A program made the position numbers and the translations under genes. A DNA stretch of 64,000 bases from Nitrospirota bacterium (GTDB lineage: Bacteria; Nitrospirota; UBA9217), in assembly GCA_963845065.1 (NCBI GenBank), contig CAWJQQ010000002.1, positions 448,001 to 512,000 on the forward strand. Direction: 5' to 3'. The notes below the pieces were generated by a model. The model saw nothing but the letters and a program-made list of their open reading frames with translations, did not search any database and was not told where the DNA came from. Shown piece after piece: positions 18,455 through 28,282 of the stretch; position 1 is the first letter of the stretch; each line of letters begins with the position of its first letter.

Positions 18455-20016
18455 AAGCGCCCTATTCTTCTTAACAGGCGCAGTGCCTCGTTGGGTCCGT
18501 CCGTTCCCGCGGGGTACAATGCGAGCGGCACGCCCTTTCCCGAATCAACTGCATCAAGTACTGGAGTAAGCGCTGACCACGCAAGCTCTACGCTGTCTTC
18601 GCGCATGAAGAGCATGTGGTCTCCGATCATGCAGTCCAGCAGGACCCATTCGTAGGCGTCGAGTGCCACCCCACGAGGGTAATCGTATTTCATCTCCACT
18701 GGGTTCAAACAGATCTTAGTGCCTGCCTGCTTGGTCTGGAATGTAAGGCTCATGCCCTCTTCAGGTTGTATTTTGAGGATGATAGAGTTAGGTTCAATGG
18801 GACCGCTGACCGAATCAGGGAACATGGAGTGCGGTACCTCGCGGAATAGAACGGCAATCTCCGTTTTTCGCACTGCGAGCCTCTTGCCTGAACGGAGATA
18901 AAAAGGAACCCCGTGCCAGCGCCAGTTGTCGACAAACACTTGCATGGCTGCAAAGGTCGGCGTTTTCGAAGCGTCTGCGACACCCTGTTCCTGACGGTAA
19001 GCGGCAACTTCCCCGCCGCCGATTGTCCCTTTTGCATATTGGCCGACCACAAGTTGATCAGCCAGCGTATCAAGGGACAGGTGCCTTAGGGATCGCAAGA
19101 CTTTTGCCTTTTCATCCTGCACGCGTTCGGCGAAGAACACTGCCGGCGGCTCCATGGCAATAAGGCTCAAGAGTTGAAACATATGGTTCTGGAACATATC
19201 GCGGATCACGCCCGCTTCTTCATAATAACCGGCTCGGTGCTCGACGCCGATGGTTTCTGTGGCCGTAATCTGCACATGGTCCACATACCGACGGTTCCAA
19301 AGCGGTTCAAAAATAGAGTTCGCGAACCGGAACATCAATATGTTCTGCACCGTCTCTTTAGCGAGGTAATGATCGATGCGGAATATCTGGCTTTCTTTAT
19401 AATGGGTATGTACAAGCTGGTTTAATTTTCGTGCCGAGGCTAGATCATGACCGAAAGGCTTCTCGATCACGATATGGCTGCAGCCCTTTTCCTCGCGCGA
19501 TAGCCCTGAAGCGCCGAGATTATGGATCACGCTTTCAAAGACCATCGGCGGGATGGCCAGATAAAAAATGCGATTCCCCATTGTCTTGTGCTTAATCTCC
19601 AGCTTTGGAAGGATGTCGACTAAATCGACAGTGTACGATGCCAGGTTCTCGTAATCGAAGGTAGAGTAGTAGAGATGGTTCACGAACTCGTCCCAAAGGC
19701 TCTCCTCAAAATCGCGTGGAAGCACAGCTTTGACCGCATCCCGCATGCCCCCGCGAAATTGTTCGGTCGTCATCTTGATACGACTGGTGCCGAGAATGAA
19801 AAACTGCGGCGTGAGCATCTTGTTTTTAAAGAGCTGGTACAGCGACGGCAAAAGCTTCCGACGCGTCAGGTCTCCCGAAGCCCCGAAGATGATCAGGCCC
19901 GCGGGACGTGGAATCTCCACATCGCAGTTCTCGATCCGGTGATATTCCGGCATCAGGCCTGCTTCGGTCGGTGCTAATCCCGTGCTTTGTTGACCGGTAT
20001 TATCATCCATGATCAA
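18439..20016 (-). CDS. zwf: Glucose-6-phosphate 1-dehydrogenase
   Basis: GASGDL, EKPFG, RIDHYLAKE, NWRWHGVPFYLRSGK. Confidence 0.95.
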   Translation of the reverse strand: MIMDDNTGQQSTGLAPTEAGLMPEYHRIENCDVEIPRPAGLIIFGASGDLTRRKLLPSLYQLFKNKMLTPQFFILGTSRIKMTTEQFRGGMRDAVKAVLPRDFEESLWDEFVNHLYYSTFDYENLASYTVDLVDILPKLEIKHKTMGNRIFYLAIPPMVFESVIHNLGASGLSREEKGCSHIVIEKPFGHDLASARKLNQLVHTHYKESQIFRIDHYLAKETVQNILMFRFANSIFEPLWNRRYVDHVQITATETIGVEHRAGYYEEAGVIRDMFQNHMFQLLSLIAMEPPAVFFAERVQDEKAKVLRSLRHLSLDTLADQLVVGQYAKGTIGGGEVAAYRQEQGVADASKTPTFAAMQVFVDNWRWHGVPFYLRSGKRLAVRKTEIAVLFREVPHSMFPDSVSGPIEPNSIILKIQPEEGMSLTFQTKQAGTKICLNPVEMKYDYPRGVALDAYEWVLLDCMIGDHMLFMREDSVELAWSALTPVLDAVDSGKGVPLALYPAGTDGPNEALRLLRRIGRFWRPL

Positions 20017-20897
20017 GCAATCTTCCTTTTATCGGATTTTATCAATCTTTTCCAATCCTCGGAAAACCGCTCCATTCCCTTGGTCGTCAGTTCATGCCGG
20101 ATATCGTAGTCTTCCCACTTTTTATCAAGTTTTATCTCTTTGTACGGAATGGGTTTTAACAATGCGGCGTTATAGTGGTAAGCGTCTCCAGGTAGAGGCA
20201 TCCCTTTTTCACCCCAGGCTTTTAATTCTTCATAGGGCACCGTAATAATATCCGTACCAAGTTTGAGGGCGTACAAAAAGTGATCGATGTTCCGCACGCT
20301 CGCAGTCAGGACTTCCACATGTCCGTCACCCTGAGCGTACATGCAGAGGATATTGGCGATCACGTCCATGCCGTTTTCACCACGATCGTCGAGCCTCCCG
20401 ACGAATGGCGAGACGAATACCTGTCCTTTCTTCGCACCCCGCGTTGCCGCATACACGGCCGCAGCCTGTTCCTGTGAGAAGCAGAGCGTCATGTTCACGC
20501 GCATTCCTGCTTGTACCGCCCACTCTGCCGCTTTAAGCCCTTCCCGGGTCGTCGGAAACTTCACTTGTGCATTTGCGATCCAAGAGAACATGTCTTTTGC
20601 CTGCTTCAGCATCGTGTCGGCCTGAGTCGTTACGTCGGCGTAGACCTCTACCGATACTGATCCACCCGGTAGCAAACTGCATAGTGTCGTTACTACCCCC
20701 CGATAAAACTCGAGTATTTCTTCGGCACTGAATGTCTCTCCCCGCTCGACCCTTTTCATTGCCTCAGGATTTTTCGAAATTAGCGTCGGATTTGTAGTTT
20801 GACCGTCGAGAAACCCGAGGAATTTTAAGATCTCTTTCGTTTCCTCGGGATCACCGCCGTCCAAAAATATCCTTGTTTTAAGTTTTTGAGGTCTCAT
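20013..20897 (-). CDS. tal: Transaldolase
   Basis: IFLD, GQTTNPTL, VKFP, NMTLCFS, SPFVGRLDD, ASVR. Confidence 0.9.
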   Translation of the reverse strand: MRPQKLKTRIFLDGGDPEETKEILKFLGFLDGQTTNPTLISKNPEAMKRVERGETFSAEEILEFYRGVVTTLCSLLPGGSVSVEVYADVTTQADTMLKQAKDMFSWIANAQVKFPTTREGLKAAEWAVQAGMRVNMTLCFSQEQAAAVYAATRGAKKGQVFVSPFVGRLDDRGENGMDVIANILCMYAQGDGHVEVLTASVRNIDHFLYALKLGTDIITVPYEELKAWGEKGMPLPGDAYHYNAALLKPIPYKEIKLDKKWEDYDIRHELTTKGMERFSEDWKRLIKSDKRKIA

Positions 20898-20919
20898 ACC
20901 ATTCCCCCCTTCTACCAAT

Positions 20920-21855
20920 TCAGGCAATTTTTCTTTTTTCCCCTTTCTCAATCTCTACCTCAGATGCTTTCACCTCGTGGCCGCCGAATTGATGCCTCAG
21001 GGCTGACACGATCTGTCCAATATAGCTAGGGTTTGCCTGCGACTGGAGACGAAAATCGAGCGCGCCCTTAATGATGGGCGCAGGGCTTCCAAATTCCTTC
21101 GCGGCATCTATGGTCCACATAGCCTCTCCGCTCTGCGCAACCGCGCCTGATATCCCCTGGAGGTTCTCGCCATATTTTCCATACGCGGCCTTGAGCCAGC
21201 CAACCAACCGCGATTCGATCACGCTCTTGTGGTTGTACAGGTCGGCGACCTTCGCTAGATCGAAATTAAAGCCAGAATGCTTAAGGATTGCAAAACCCTC
21301 GGCAAGGGCTTGCATCATTCCGTATTCGATTCCGTTATGAACCATTTTAACGAAATGGCCTGCACCGGCTTTCCCGAAATGCGCGTACCCGTTGTCGACC
21401 GAGGCATCACGAAAGATCTGTTCATAAGTGTGAAATACGCTTTCGTCGCCACCGACCATAATGCACGCCCCGGTCCGTGCACCGGCCGGACCGCCACTCA
21501 CGCCGGCATCTAGAAAATTGATGCCCTTATTTTCCAACTCTTGAGCACGTCGTATGGACTCCCTGTAGGGTGAATTGCCGCCATCGATGATCGTATCTCC
21601 TTTCGCGAGTAATGGCGTTAAGTCCTTCAAAACGGCATCAACGGCATCGTAGGGGACCATGATCCAGACGAGCCTTGGCGGCTGCAGAGCCATGGCGAGC
21701 GATCGTATTGAATCCGCCGGTCTCGCACCTTTTTTCGCGATTCTCTGCACAGGTTCAGCGCTCCTATTATAGGCAACGATCTGGTGCCCTTTCTCAAGCA
21801 ACAGCTCAACCATGTTATAACCCATTTTACCCAAACCAATATATCCCAGCTTCAT
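20920..21855 (-). CDS. gnd: 6-phosphogluconate dehydrogenase (decarboxylating, short form)
   Basis: GLGKMG, IDGGNS, DAGVSGG, VKMVHNGIEY, LRHQFGGH. Confidence 0.95.
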   Translation of the reverse strand: MKLGYIGLGKMGYNMVELLLEKGHQIVAYNRSAEPVQRIAKKGARPADSIRSLAMALQPPRLVWIMVPYDAVDAVLKDLTPLLAKGDTIIDGGNSPYRESIRRAQELENKGINFLDAGVSGGPAGARTGACIMVGGDESVFHTYEQIFRDASVDNGYAHFGKAGAGHFVKMVHNGIEYGMMQALAEGFAILKHSGFNFDLAKVADLYNHKSVIESRLVGWLKAAYGKYGENLQGISGAVAQSGEAMWTIDAAKEFGSPAPIIKGALDFRLQSQANPSYIGQIVSALRHQFGGHEVKASEVEIEKGEKRKIA

Positions 21856-21947
21856 CGTAATCTCTCCTCATGAATTCTTTTGTGAATTATTGTGAACCGT
21901 ATTTCTCGCGAACAGTTGAACATTGCAGGTGGCATAAAATCGCACAA

Positions 21948-22403
21948 CTAGCATTTTAAGAACTCCTTTTCAATTTCTGCTACTTTTTCCAGCCGTCTCA
22001 CATGTCGTTCCGCGCCGGAGAATGTTGCCTTCAAATACGTCGTGACGATGTCTTTTGCCAGTTCCGGCCCCACAATCCGCGCACCAAGACACAAGACATT
22101 CATATTATCGTCTTCTACACCTTGGTGCGCCGAGAAGGTATCGTGACAAATAGCCGCCCGGATTTCCGGGAATTTATTTGCTGCTACGCATGCCCCGACC
22201 CCACTGCCGCAAATTAATATCCCGCGCTCCGCCCTCCCATCGATTATGGCATTGGCCACGGCTCGGGCATAATCTGGGTAATCGACAGGTTCGCTGTCAT
22301 AGGTGCCTAAGTCACGTACTTCATGTCCGAGCATTTTTAAGTGCTCCAAGAGAACGATTTTCAGGGCAAATCCACCATGGTCGGCACCGATTGATACCTG
22401 CAT
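21948..22403 (-). CDS. rpiB: Ribose-5-phosphate isomerase B
   Basis: DHGG, DYPD, CGSGVG, ANK, RHVRR. Confidence 0.95.
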   Translation of the reverse strand: MQVSIGADHGGFALKIVLLEHLKMLGHEVRDLGTYDSEPVDYPDYARAVANAIIDGRAERGILICGSGVGACVAANKFPEIRAAICHDTFSAHQGVEDDNMNVLCLGARIVGPELAKDIVTTYLKATFSGAERHVRRLEKVAEIEKEFLKC

Positions 22404-22428
22404 TGGTTCTGCTCCCTCAGGGTATTCA

Positions 22429-24174
22429 TCAACAATAAAGCGGATCTACACAGCTTAGGACCTGCTCACTTCTGCTTCCGCTGCGAAAAATTGTAATGCC
22501 CTTTACGCCCTCCCGGTAAGCCAGGATAAAGGCTTTTCGCACATCTTCTTCAGAGGCATTCGGTGCAAAGTTGATGGTTTTAGACACCGCATTATCCGTG
22601 TGGCGCTGGAACGCCGCCTCCATGCGTACATGCCACACCGGAGCGACATCGAAGGCCGTTACAAAAAGACGCTTCACGTCTTCCGGTACCTCACTCATCC
22701 GCTGGATCGATTCACCTGCCATGACGTGCATAAGAAGAGAGTCGCTCAAAAACCCCCGCTTTTTCGCCGTTTCAAGGAAGGATTCGCTTATCTCAGTAAG
22801 TATGACATCTCCGAGAATGTGGCGCTTAAATGAGAGTGCAAAAAGCGGCTCGATGCCACTGGAACAGCCGGCAATGATCGATAATGTCCCCGTGGGCGCA
22901 ATTGTTGTCACAGTGGCGTTCCTAAGGGCGGGCCCGCCCGCTCGATCATAGCTGCTCCCAGGATAATTCGGGAATACGCCGCGTTTTCGTGCTAGTTCCG
23001 CAGAATACGCCCACCCATTTTCTTTCACGAACCTCATGATCTCTTCACCGGTTCTGAGCGCACCTTCAGAATCGTAGGGGATGCCGAGCCGAATCAGCAT
23101 ATCTGCAAAACCCATTACGCCTAGGCCAATTTTCCGATTGCCCTTTGCCATACGGTCTACCTCATCCAGCGGATAACGGCTCACATCTATCACATCGTCC
23201 AAAAAATTGACGCCTATCCGTATGGTCTGTTTCATTTTCTCCCAGTCTATTTCTGCACGACCACTGGAGTACTTCAGCATAAGGCCGAGGTTGAGGGACC
23301 CAAGATTGCAAGGCTCGTACGGCAGGAGGGGCTGCTCACCGCAGGGGTTAGTGCTCTCCATCTCTCCAAGCTGAGGTGTTGGATTTTTGCGGTTGATGCG
23401 ATCGAAGAACAACAAGCCGGGATCTCCTGTTTTCCATGCCGAATTCACGATCCGATCGAAAACTTCTCTGGCCTTTAGCGTCTTGACCACCTGTCGGTTG
23501 TGAGGATTCACAAGCGTCAAGTCACCGTCGATCTCTACAGAATGCATGAATTCCTCGGTCACAGCCACCGAAATATTGAAATTCGCCAGTTCTCTATTGT
23601 TAGTCTTAGCCGAGATAAACTCCAGAATATCCGGATGATCAACACGCAGAATGCCCATATTCGCACCGCGTCGCGTACCGCCCTGCTTGACCACTTCTGT
23701 GGCCATATTAAAAACCCTCATGAAGGACACTGGACCGCTGGCAGTTCCGCTCGTAGTACGTACGACGTCGTCCCTGGGCCTTAGTTTACTGAAAGAAAAG
23801 CCGGTCCCGCCACCACTTTGATGAATGAGGGCTGTATTTTTGACAGCTTCGAATATGGATTCGAGCGAATCTTCGATTGGCAACACAAAACAGGCTGCAA
23901 GCTGCTGAAGAGGCCGGCCTGCGTTCATTAGGGTCGGGGAATTCGGCAGGAACTCAAGATTCGCAAGTAAGCTATAAAATTCTTCTTCTGTAGTTCTTAT
24001 ATCCGCGTGGCCGTTGTATAGAAGCTCGGCCTGGGCGACGCTGTTTGCCACCCTGTGAAACATCTCATCCGGCGACTCTACAACCCTCCCCTGATCGTCT
24101 TTTTTCAAATAGCGCCGGGAAAGCACCACCAAAGCATTTGAGGTAAGCATCGCATCCTGTGTCTTTACCGTCAT
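22429..24174 (-). CDS. nrdJ: Second class II ribonucleotide reductase, catalytic core only (581 aa)
   Basis: FLPNSPTLMNAG, AACFV, TNPCGEQPL, TIAPTGT, AVSKTIN; ends EQVLSCVDPLYC. Confidence 0.92.
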   Translation of the reverse strand: MTVKTQDAMLTSNALVVLSRRYLKKDDQGRVVESPDEMFHRVANSVAQAELLYNGHADIRTTEEEFYSLLANLEFLPNSPTLMNAGRPLQQLAACFVLPIEDSLESIFEAVKNTALIHQSGGGTGFSFSKLRPRDDVVRTTSGTASGPVSFMRVFNMATEVVKQGGTRRGANMGILRVDHPDILEFISAKTNNRELANFNISVAVTEEFMHSVEIDGDLTLVNPHNRQVVKTLKAREVFDRIVNSAWKTGDPGLLFFDRINRKNPTPQLGEMESTNPCGEQPLLPYEPCNLGSLNLGLMLKYSSGRAEIDWEKMKQTIRIGVNFLDDVIDVSRYPLDEVDRMAKGNRKIGLGVMGFADMLIRLGIPYDSEGALRTGEEIMRFVKENGWAYSAELARKRGVFPNYPGSSYDRAGGPALRNATVTTIAPTGTLSIIAGCSSGIEPLFALSFKRHILGDVILTEISESFLETAKKRGFLSDSLLMHVMAGESIQRMSEVPEDVKRLFVTAFDVAPVWHVRMEAAFQRHTDNAVSKTINFAPNASEEDVRKAFILAYREGVKGITIFRSGSRSEQVLSCVDPLYC

Positions 24175-24259
24175 TTTGAACCTCTAATGACTATTTTAGC
24201 ACTCTTGGGAGTCGACTGTACTTCCCACGGATTGGGCAGAAGGAACAACCATAACGACC

Positions 24260-24961
24260 TTAGTAGTAAGAGACAAAGAGGAGAAGGAATAGAATACTTT
24301 TTATGACCTCAATCCAACCGGTAGTCTGCAGCCTTACTTTGTAGGGAGTGGCTGATACGATGAGGTTGTCCAGCAGGGGGAGAAGTATGATCACCGGGAT
24401 ATAAAAACGGTGATAAACGAATAATGATAATAATACATACAAGGCTGTAAAAATGCGGTCTTGCATCTTTTTTAAAATTAAGACCTTTATCTTAAAAACA
24501 CCTGCCGTAAAGTAGAATGCAACGCCTATGAAAAGCCTCACATCTATTCCGTCCGTCAGCAGGAATTTTGCGAGTACTGCTGCAAGACTGATAAGAGCAA
24601 ACCCCAGGATCTCGGTAATAAGGGCGTGTTCGCCAATTATTCTGTTAGATAGCAAATACAAGGCGGGTATGACTAAAAGCGGCATAAGTCTTGGGATCTC
24701 GCTCCTGAAAATAACTGCAAGGATTATGGCGGCAGCAAGAAATTGGCCCAGCATAATTAATAACGATTTCCGGTCTTCCCTTTTCCTGAACCATTTCATA
24801 AATGCCTGCTTAGAATTAATCAGCAGAGCGAGTGCGGCGAAGAGTGGAAAGAGCAACCACGTAAACGCGTGACTGACACAAGTGCCGGCCAGATATGCTA
24901 CGATCAATACACTCCATGAGCCGTACTCTTTTAATAAATATGTTTTTACGTCCATTATCAT
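24260..24961 (-). CDS. YwiC-like integral membrane protein
   Basis: KEYGSW N-terminal motif, multiple TM segments, TTGWIE; start estimated. Confidence 0.6.
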   Translation of the reverse strand: MIMDVKTYLLKEYGSWSVLIVAYLAGTCVSHAFTWLLFPLFAALALLINSKQAFMKWFRKREDRKSLLIMLGQFLAAAIILAVIFRSEIPRLMPLLVIPALYLLSNRIIGEHALITEILGFALISLAAVLAKFLLTDGIDVRLFIGVAFYFTAGVFKIKVLILKKMQDRIFTALYVLLSLFVYHRFYIPVIILLPLLDNLIVSATPYKVRLQTTGWIEVIKSILFLLLFVSYY

Positions 24962-25215
24962 GGTGAAAGTATACCATGAGGAAGGAGAGGCAGGTATGAT
25001 GAGTGTCGCTATCTCAAAATTTTCAAGACATGCGATGCTATGTGTATCTGATGTGAATACGTCGTTCACGAAATTTATAAAAATGTATTACACTTTAGTT
25101 TCTCGTTTTATAATACTGTAGTTGCATTCAATTTATCGATCTTCCTTGACAACTCTAGGAGCTGTGATAGGCTATAAATAAAATTGCAGTAGGTTCAGAG
25201 AAGGAGGTAAAAAAA

Positions 25216-25575
25216 ATGAAAAAAATCATCACTACGATAGGAGCATTGGTCTTTACGCTTGCTATCGGCGTAGCTTATGCTAATACATCAACAGAGGAGG
25301 TCATGCCGAGTGAAATGAACAGCTACAACTATGCAACTAACGGCATCTCGTTTTTGGACACTGGCTCGGGCTGTTCAATTGCTGAAGGCGCTGGCGCAGG
25401 TGGTTTGGCTTCCGATACGCCAGGCTTGGAATTGAAAAATGGGATAACGAACTTTGACCCCGGTATGTACAACTTCTCTGTAAAAAGCTCATGCGAAGAG
25501 AGTGTATTGTCAACGGGACCGACCAGGGATAACGGAATTACTACTTTTGATACGGCCCCAATTGATGCCAATTAG
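25216..25575 (+). CDS. Exported hypothetical protein with three NGI[ST]xxD repeats
   Basis: AAGGAGGT SD, signal peptide ending AYA, repeats NGISFLD, NGITNFD, NGITTFD. Confidence 0.75.
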   Translation: MKKIITTIGALVFTLAIGVAYANTSTEEVMPSEMNSYNYATNGISFLDTGSGCSIAEGAGAGGLASDTPGLELKNGITNFDPGMYNFSVKSSCEESVLSTGPTRDNGITTFDTAPIDAN

Positions 25576-25640
25576 AATCTTTGAAATTAAAAAAGCCTTG
25601 AAGAAGATTCGCTGAGATTTAGGGGAGCATATTGCAAAAC

Positions 25641-25673
25641 AAAAAAAGCAGGCTAAATTTTAGCCTGCTTTTT
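25641..25673. terminator. Bidirectional intrinsic terminator
   Basis: AAAAAAGCAGGCTAA-ATT-TTAGCCTGCTTTTT palindrome between convergent genes. Confidence 0.85.
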
Positions 25674-25735
25674 GTTTTCAAGACTTTCCTTCCGAGAATA
25701 TTCCTTTGTCATACAGCAATATATTGAGACACATA

Positions 25736-26395
25736 CTATGGGAATATCGCCCCCTGCGTTAAACCATGTTTCGTAATTACATCATAGGCCTTCTCATCCG
25801 CATTCAGTTTTTTCATTTTCAGGTGGCAGAGCGCCTGCACTTCCCGATCCAGATCAGAACAATTTGTCGCCGGAGATAATTTGGCCACTGCGCGGGAAAG
25901 ATCTGCTACCGCTGCCACAGCCATGTCTCGATGTCCATTTTCATGCATTGTTAGGTTTTTTATGTAATTGTCCCATTTAACCACGAGCACCTGAGGCACG
26001 CCGTCATCGTGGACCCATTTGGGATAACGAATTACTACTTCAACTGAGGCCTTGAAAGCAGCCGCGGCACAAGATTGGGGAGTGCGATCATAGCCGTAGT
26101 CCCATTTCACTCGCCAGCTTGTCACGGAATCGTACCTTTTCCCATCGTCCCATTTACAGCTGTTATGGTCCATCCCACAACGCAATTCCGATTCGTTGCG
26201 CCCTTGGACCTCATAGTATTCATCTTTTTCAGTCACATTAGGCGAAATAGCAGGTTTTATCAATCGAAAGTGAGAGTCTTTGTCAACGTTTGCAACTTGC
26301 ACATTATCTGAAGCTGCAGATATTGCTACGGCAGAGGTCATAAGCAGGGTAATAAAAATAGTAATTTTTATCATTCCAGGACTCCGAATAAACAT
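25736..26395 (-). CDS. DUF922-like secreted putative Zn peptidase
   Basis: Signal peptide, YYEVQG, YPKW, HENGH, YDVITKHGLTQGA. Confidence 0.75.
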   Translation of the reverse strand: MFIRSPGMIKITIFITLLMTSAVAISAASDNVQVANVDKDSHFRLIKPAISPNVTEKDEYYEVQGRNESELRCGMDHNSCKWDDGKRYDSVTSWRVKWDYGYDRTPQSCAAAAFKASVEVVIRYPKWVHDDGVPQVLVVKWDNYIKNLTMHENGHRDMAVAAVADLSRAVAKLSPATNCSDLDREVQALCHLKMKKLNADEKAYDVITKHGLTQGAIFP

Positions 26396-26814
26396 TTATA
26401 TTTCAAGCGCTTATATCCTCTGTGAGAGGCATTGAAGAGAAGGAAAAATCAGAAGATTCGGTCATGCCATGAATCAAGGATATTTTTTAAAAAAATCCAT
26501 ATCAACAGCGATAAAGCCTGAAAGCGAGCGCAGGTCTGTTCTTAAACAAATCTTTGTACATTGTTTTAATGTTACAACTTTCAGAAATTCGAATCAAGAG
26601 GTAAAAAAGGGTTTGAGAGCGCCCGGGTCCGTGCTGATTCAGTTCTTCGAGCCGAATTCATGGTGGTTCTAACGAAGGTAGGCATGCAACTTTACGGCAT
26701 CCCGGTCCGATGGTTACAATCGCTTAAGTCTGTCAATAAAAAAGCCATGTGTATGACCTGGCCAGTTGACATTGTATCCTTAATCTTGCATATTCTGTAT
26801 GCAAAAAAAAGTCT

Positions 26815-28269
26815 TTACATGATCCCGATGATTGAGGCACGCGCAAAATTCAAGATATCTGTTGGATACACTCCGATAACGAGCACTGCGGTCACCGAGA
26901 TCGCCAGTGCAAGTGCAAGGGATGGGGATGACGACAGCTCGATGCTGCCTTTCGGCTCGTGCATATACATGACCATGATGACCCGGAGATAGAAATAGGC
27001 ACTCACCGCAGAGAACAGCACACCCGCTACAGCAAGCCAAGTGAGCCCGGCCTGCACTGCAGACTTAAAGATATAAAACTTTCCCACGAACCCGGCAAGC
27101 GGTGGGATGCCGGTGAGCGAGAACATGAAAATCAGCATGAGAAAAGCTGCAGTCTTGTTCGTCTTGCCAAGTCCCGCAAAATCGGAAATTTCCTCGCCCC
27201 GCTCCCCTGCCTTTCTGAGCATGATCACAACGCCGAAAGCACCCATATTCATGAGGGCATAGATGCAGACATACAACATAACACTGGCAGCACCGTCCGG
27301 TCCGCCCGCTGCAAGGCCGACGAGAGCATACCCAGCATGGGCAATTGACGAGTAGGCGAGCATCCGCTTGATGTTGGTCTGGGATAAAGCCATGATATTA
27401 CCAACGGCCATGGTAAGGACAGCAAGCCAGGAAATAATTACCGTTGAGTGTTCGTGCAGCGGGGCAAAGGCGTATAAGAAAACCCTGAGCAGCACGGCAA
27501 AACCGGCTACCTTGGGCCCAGCTGACATGAACGCCGTAACCGATGTCGGCGCACCTTCATACACATCAGGCACCCACATGTGGAAAGGCACGGCTGCCAC
27601 CTTAAACCCGAAGCTCACGACCAGCATGAGCATGGATAGAGAAATGATCGGATTGGTAAGGTCTGCACTGCGCAGGTACACCAGGATCCCGGTGAGGTTC
27701 GTTGTGCCTGAAAGCCCGTATAGCAGCGACATGCCATAGACCATAATGGCCGAGGAGAAAGCGCCGAGGATAAGATATTTGATCGCTGCCTCGTTCGACC
27801 GGTTGTTGCGCCGCATAAAACCCGCAAGGATGTATATGGACAGGGCCATGAGTTCTAGACCGACATAAAGTGCAATCAGGTCCCCTGCCGACGCCATAAG
27901 CATCATACCGCTCGTTGCAAAAAGCATGAGGGCGTAGTATTCGCCACGATGAATATCCTCGATCTTCAGGTAGTTGATCGAGACCAGAATCCCAAGTCCG
28001 CAAGCAATGTAGAAGACAAATTTGAAAAATGTTGAAAAGGCATCCAGGTGAAACGTTCCAGCAAAGAAAACAGCGTTCACACCCATTAACTTATAGGTAG
28101 CGATGGCTGCCCCGATGATGCCGATCACGCTGAACCAGCCTAGCGTGTATTTTCGGTCTTTCTCGATAAATAAATCGAAGAGAAGCACTAAAAGAGCAGT
28201 GCTGATCATGACAGTCTCTGGTAATATCGGAATTATCGTTTGCAGAAATTGTTGATACAAAGTGGACAT
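26815..28269 (-). CDS. nuoN: NADH-quinone oxidoreductase subunit N
   Basis: EAAIKYLILGA, FKVAAVPFHMWVPDVYEGAP, KRMLAYSSIAHAGY. Confidence 0.95.
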   Translation of the reverse strand: MSTLYQQFLQTIIPILPETVMISTALLVLLFDLFIEKDRKYTLGWFSVIGIIGAAIATYKLMGVNAVFFAGTFHLDAFSTFFKFVFYIACGLGILVSINYLKIEDIHRGEYYALMLFATSGMMLMASAGDLIALYVGLELMALSIYILAGFMRRNNRSNEAAIKYLILGAFSSAIMVYGMSLLYGLSGTTNLTGILVYLRSADLTNPIISLSMLMLVVSFGFKVAAVPFHMWVPDVYEGAPTSVTAFMSAGPKVAGFAVLLRVFLYAFAPLHEHSTVIISWLAVLTMAVGNIMALSQTNIKRMLAYSSIAHAGYALVGLAAGGPDGAASVMLYVCIYALMNMGAFGVVIMLRKAGERGEEISDFAGLGKTNKTAAFLMLIFMFSLTGIPPLAGFVGKFYIFKSAVQAGLTWLAVAGVLFSAVSAYFYLRVIMVMYMHEPKGSIELSSSPSLALALAISVTAVLVIGVYPTDILNFARASIIGIM

Positions 28270-28282
28270 GATTTCTCCTAAC

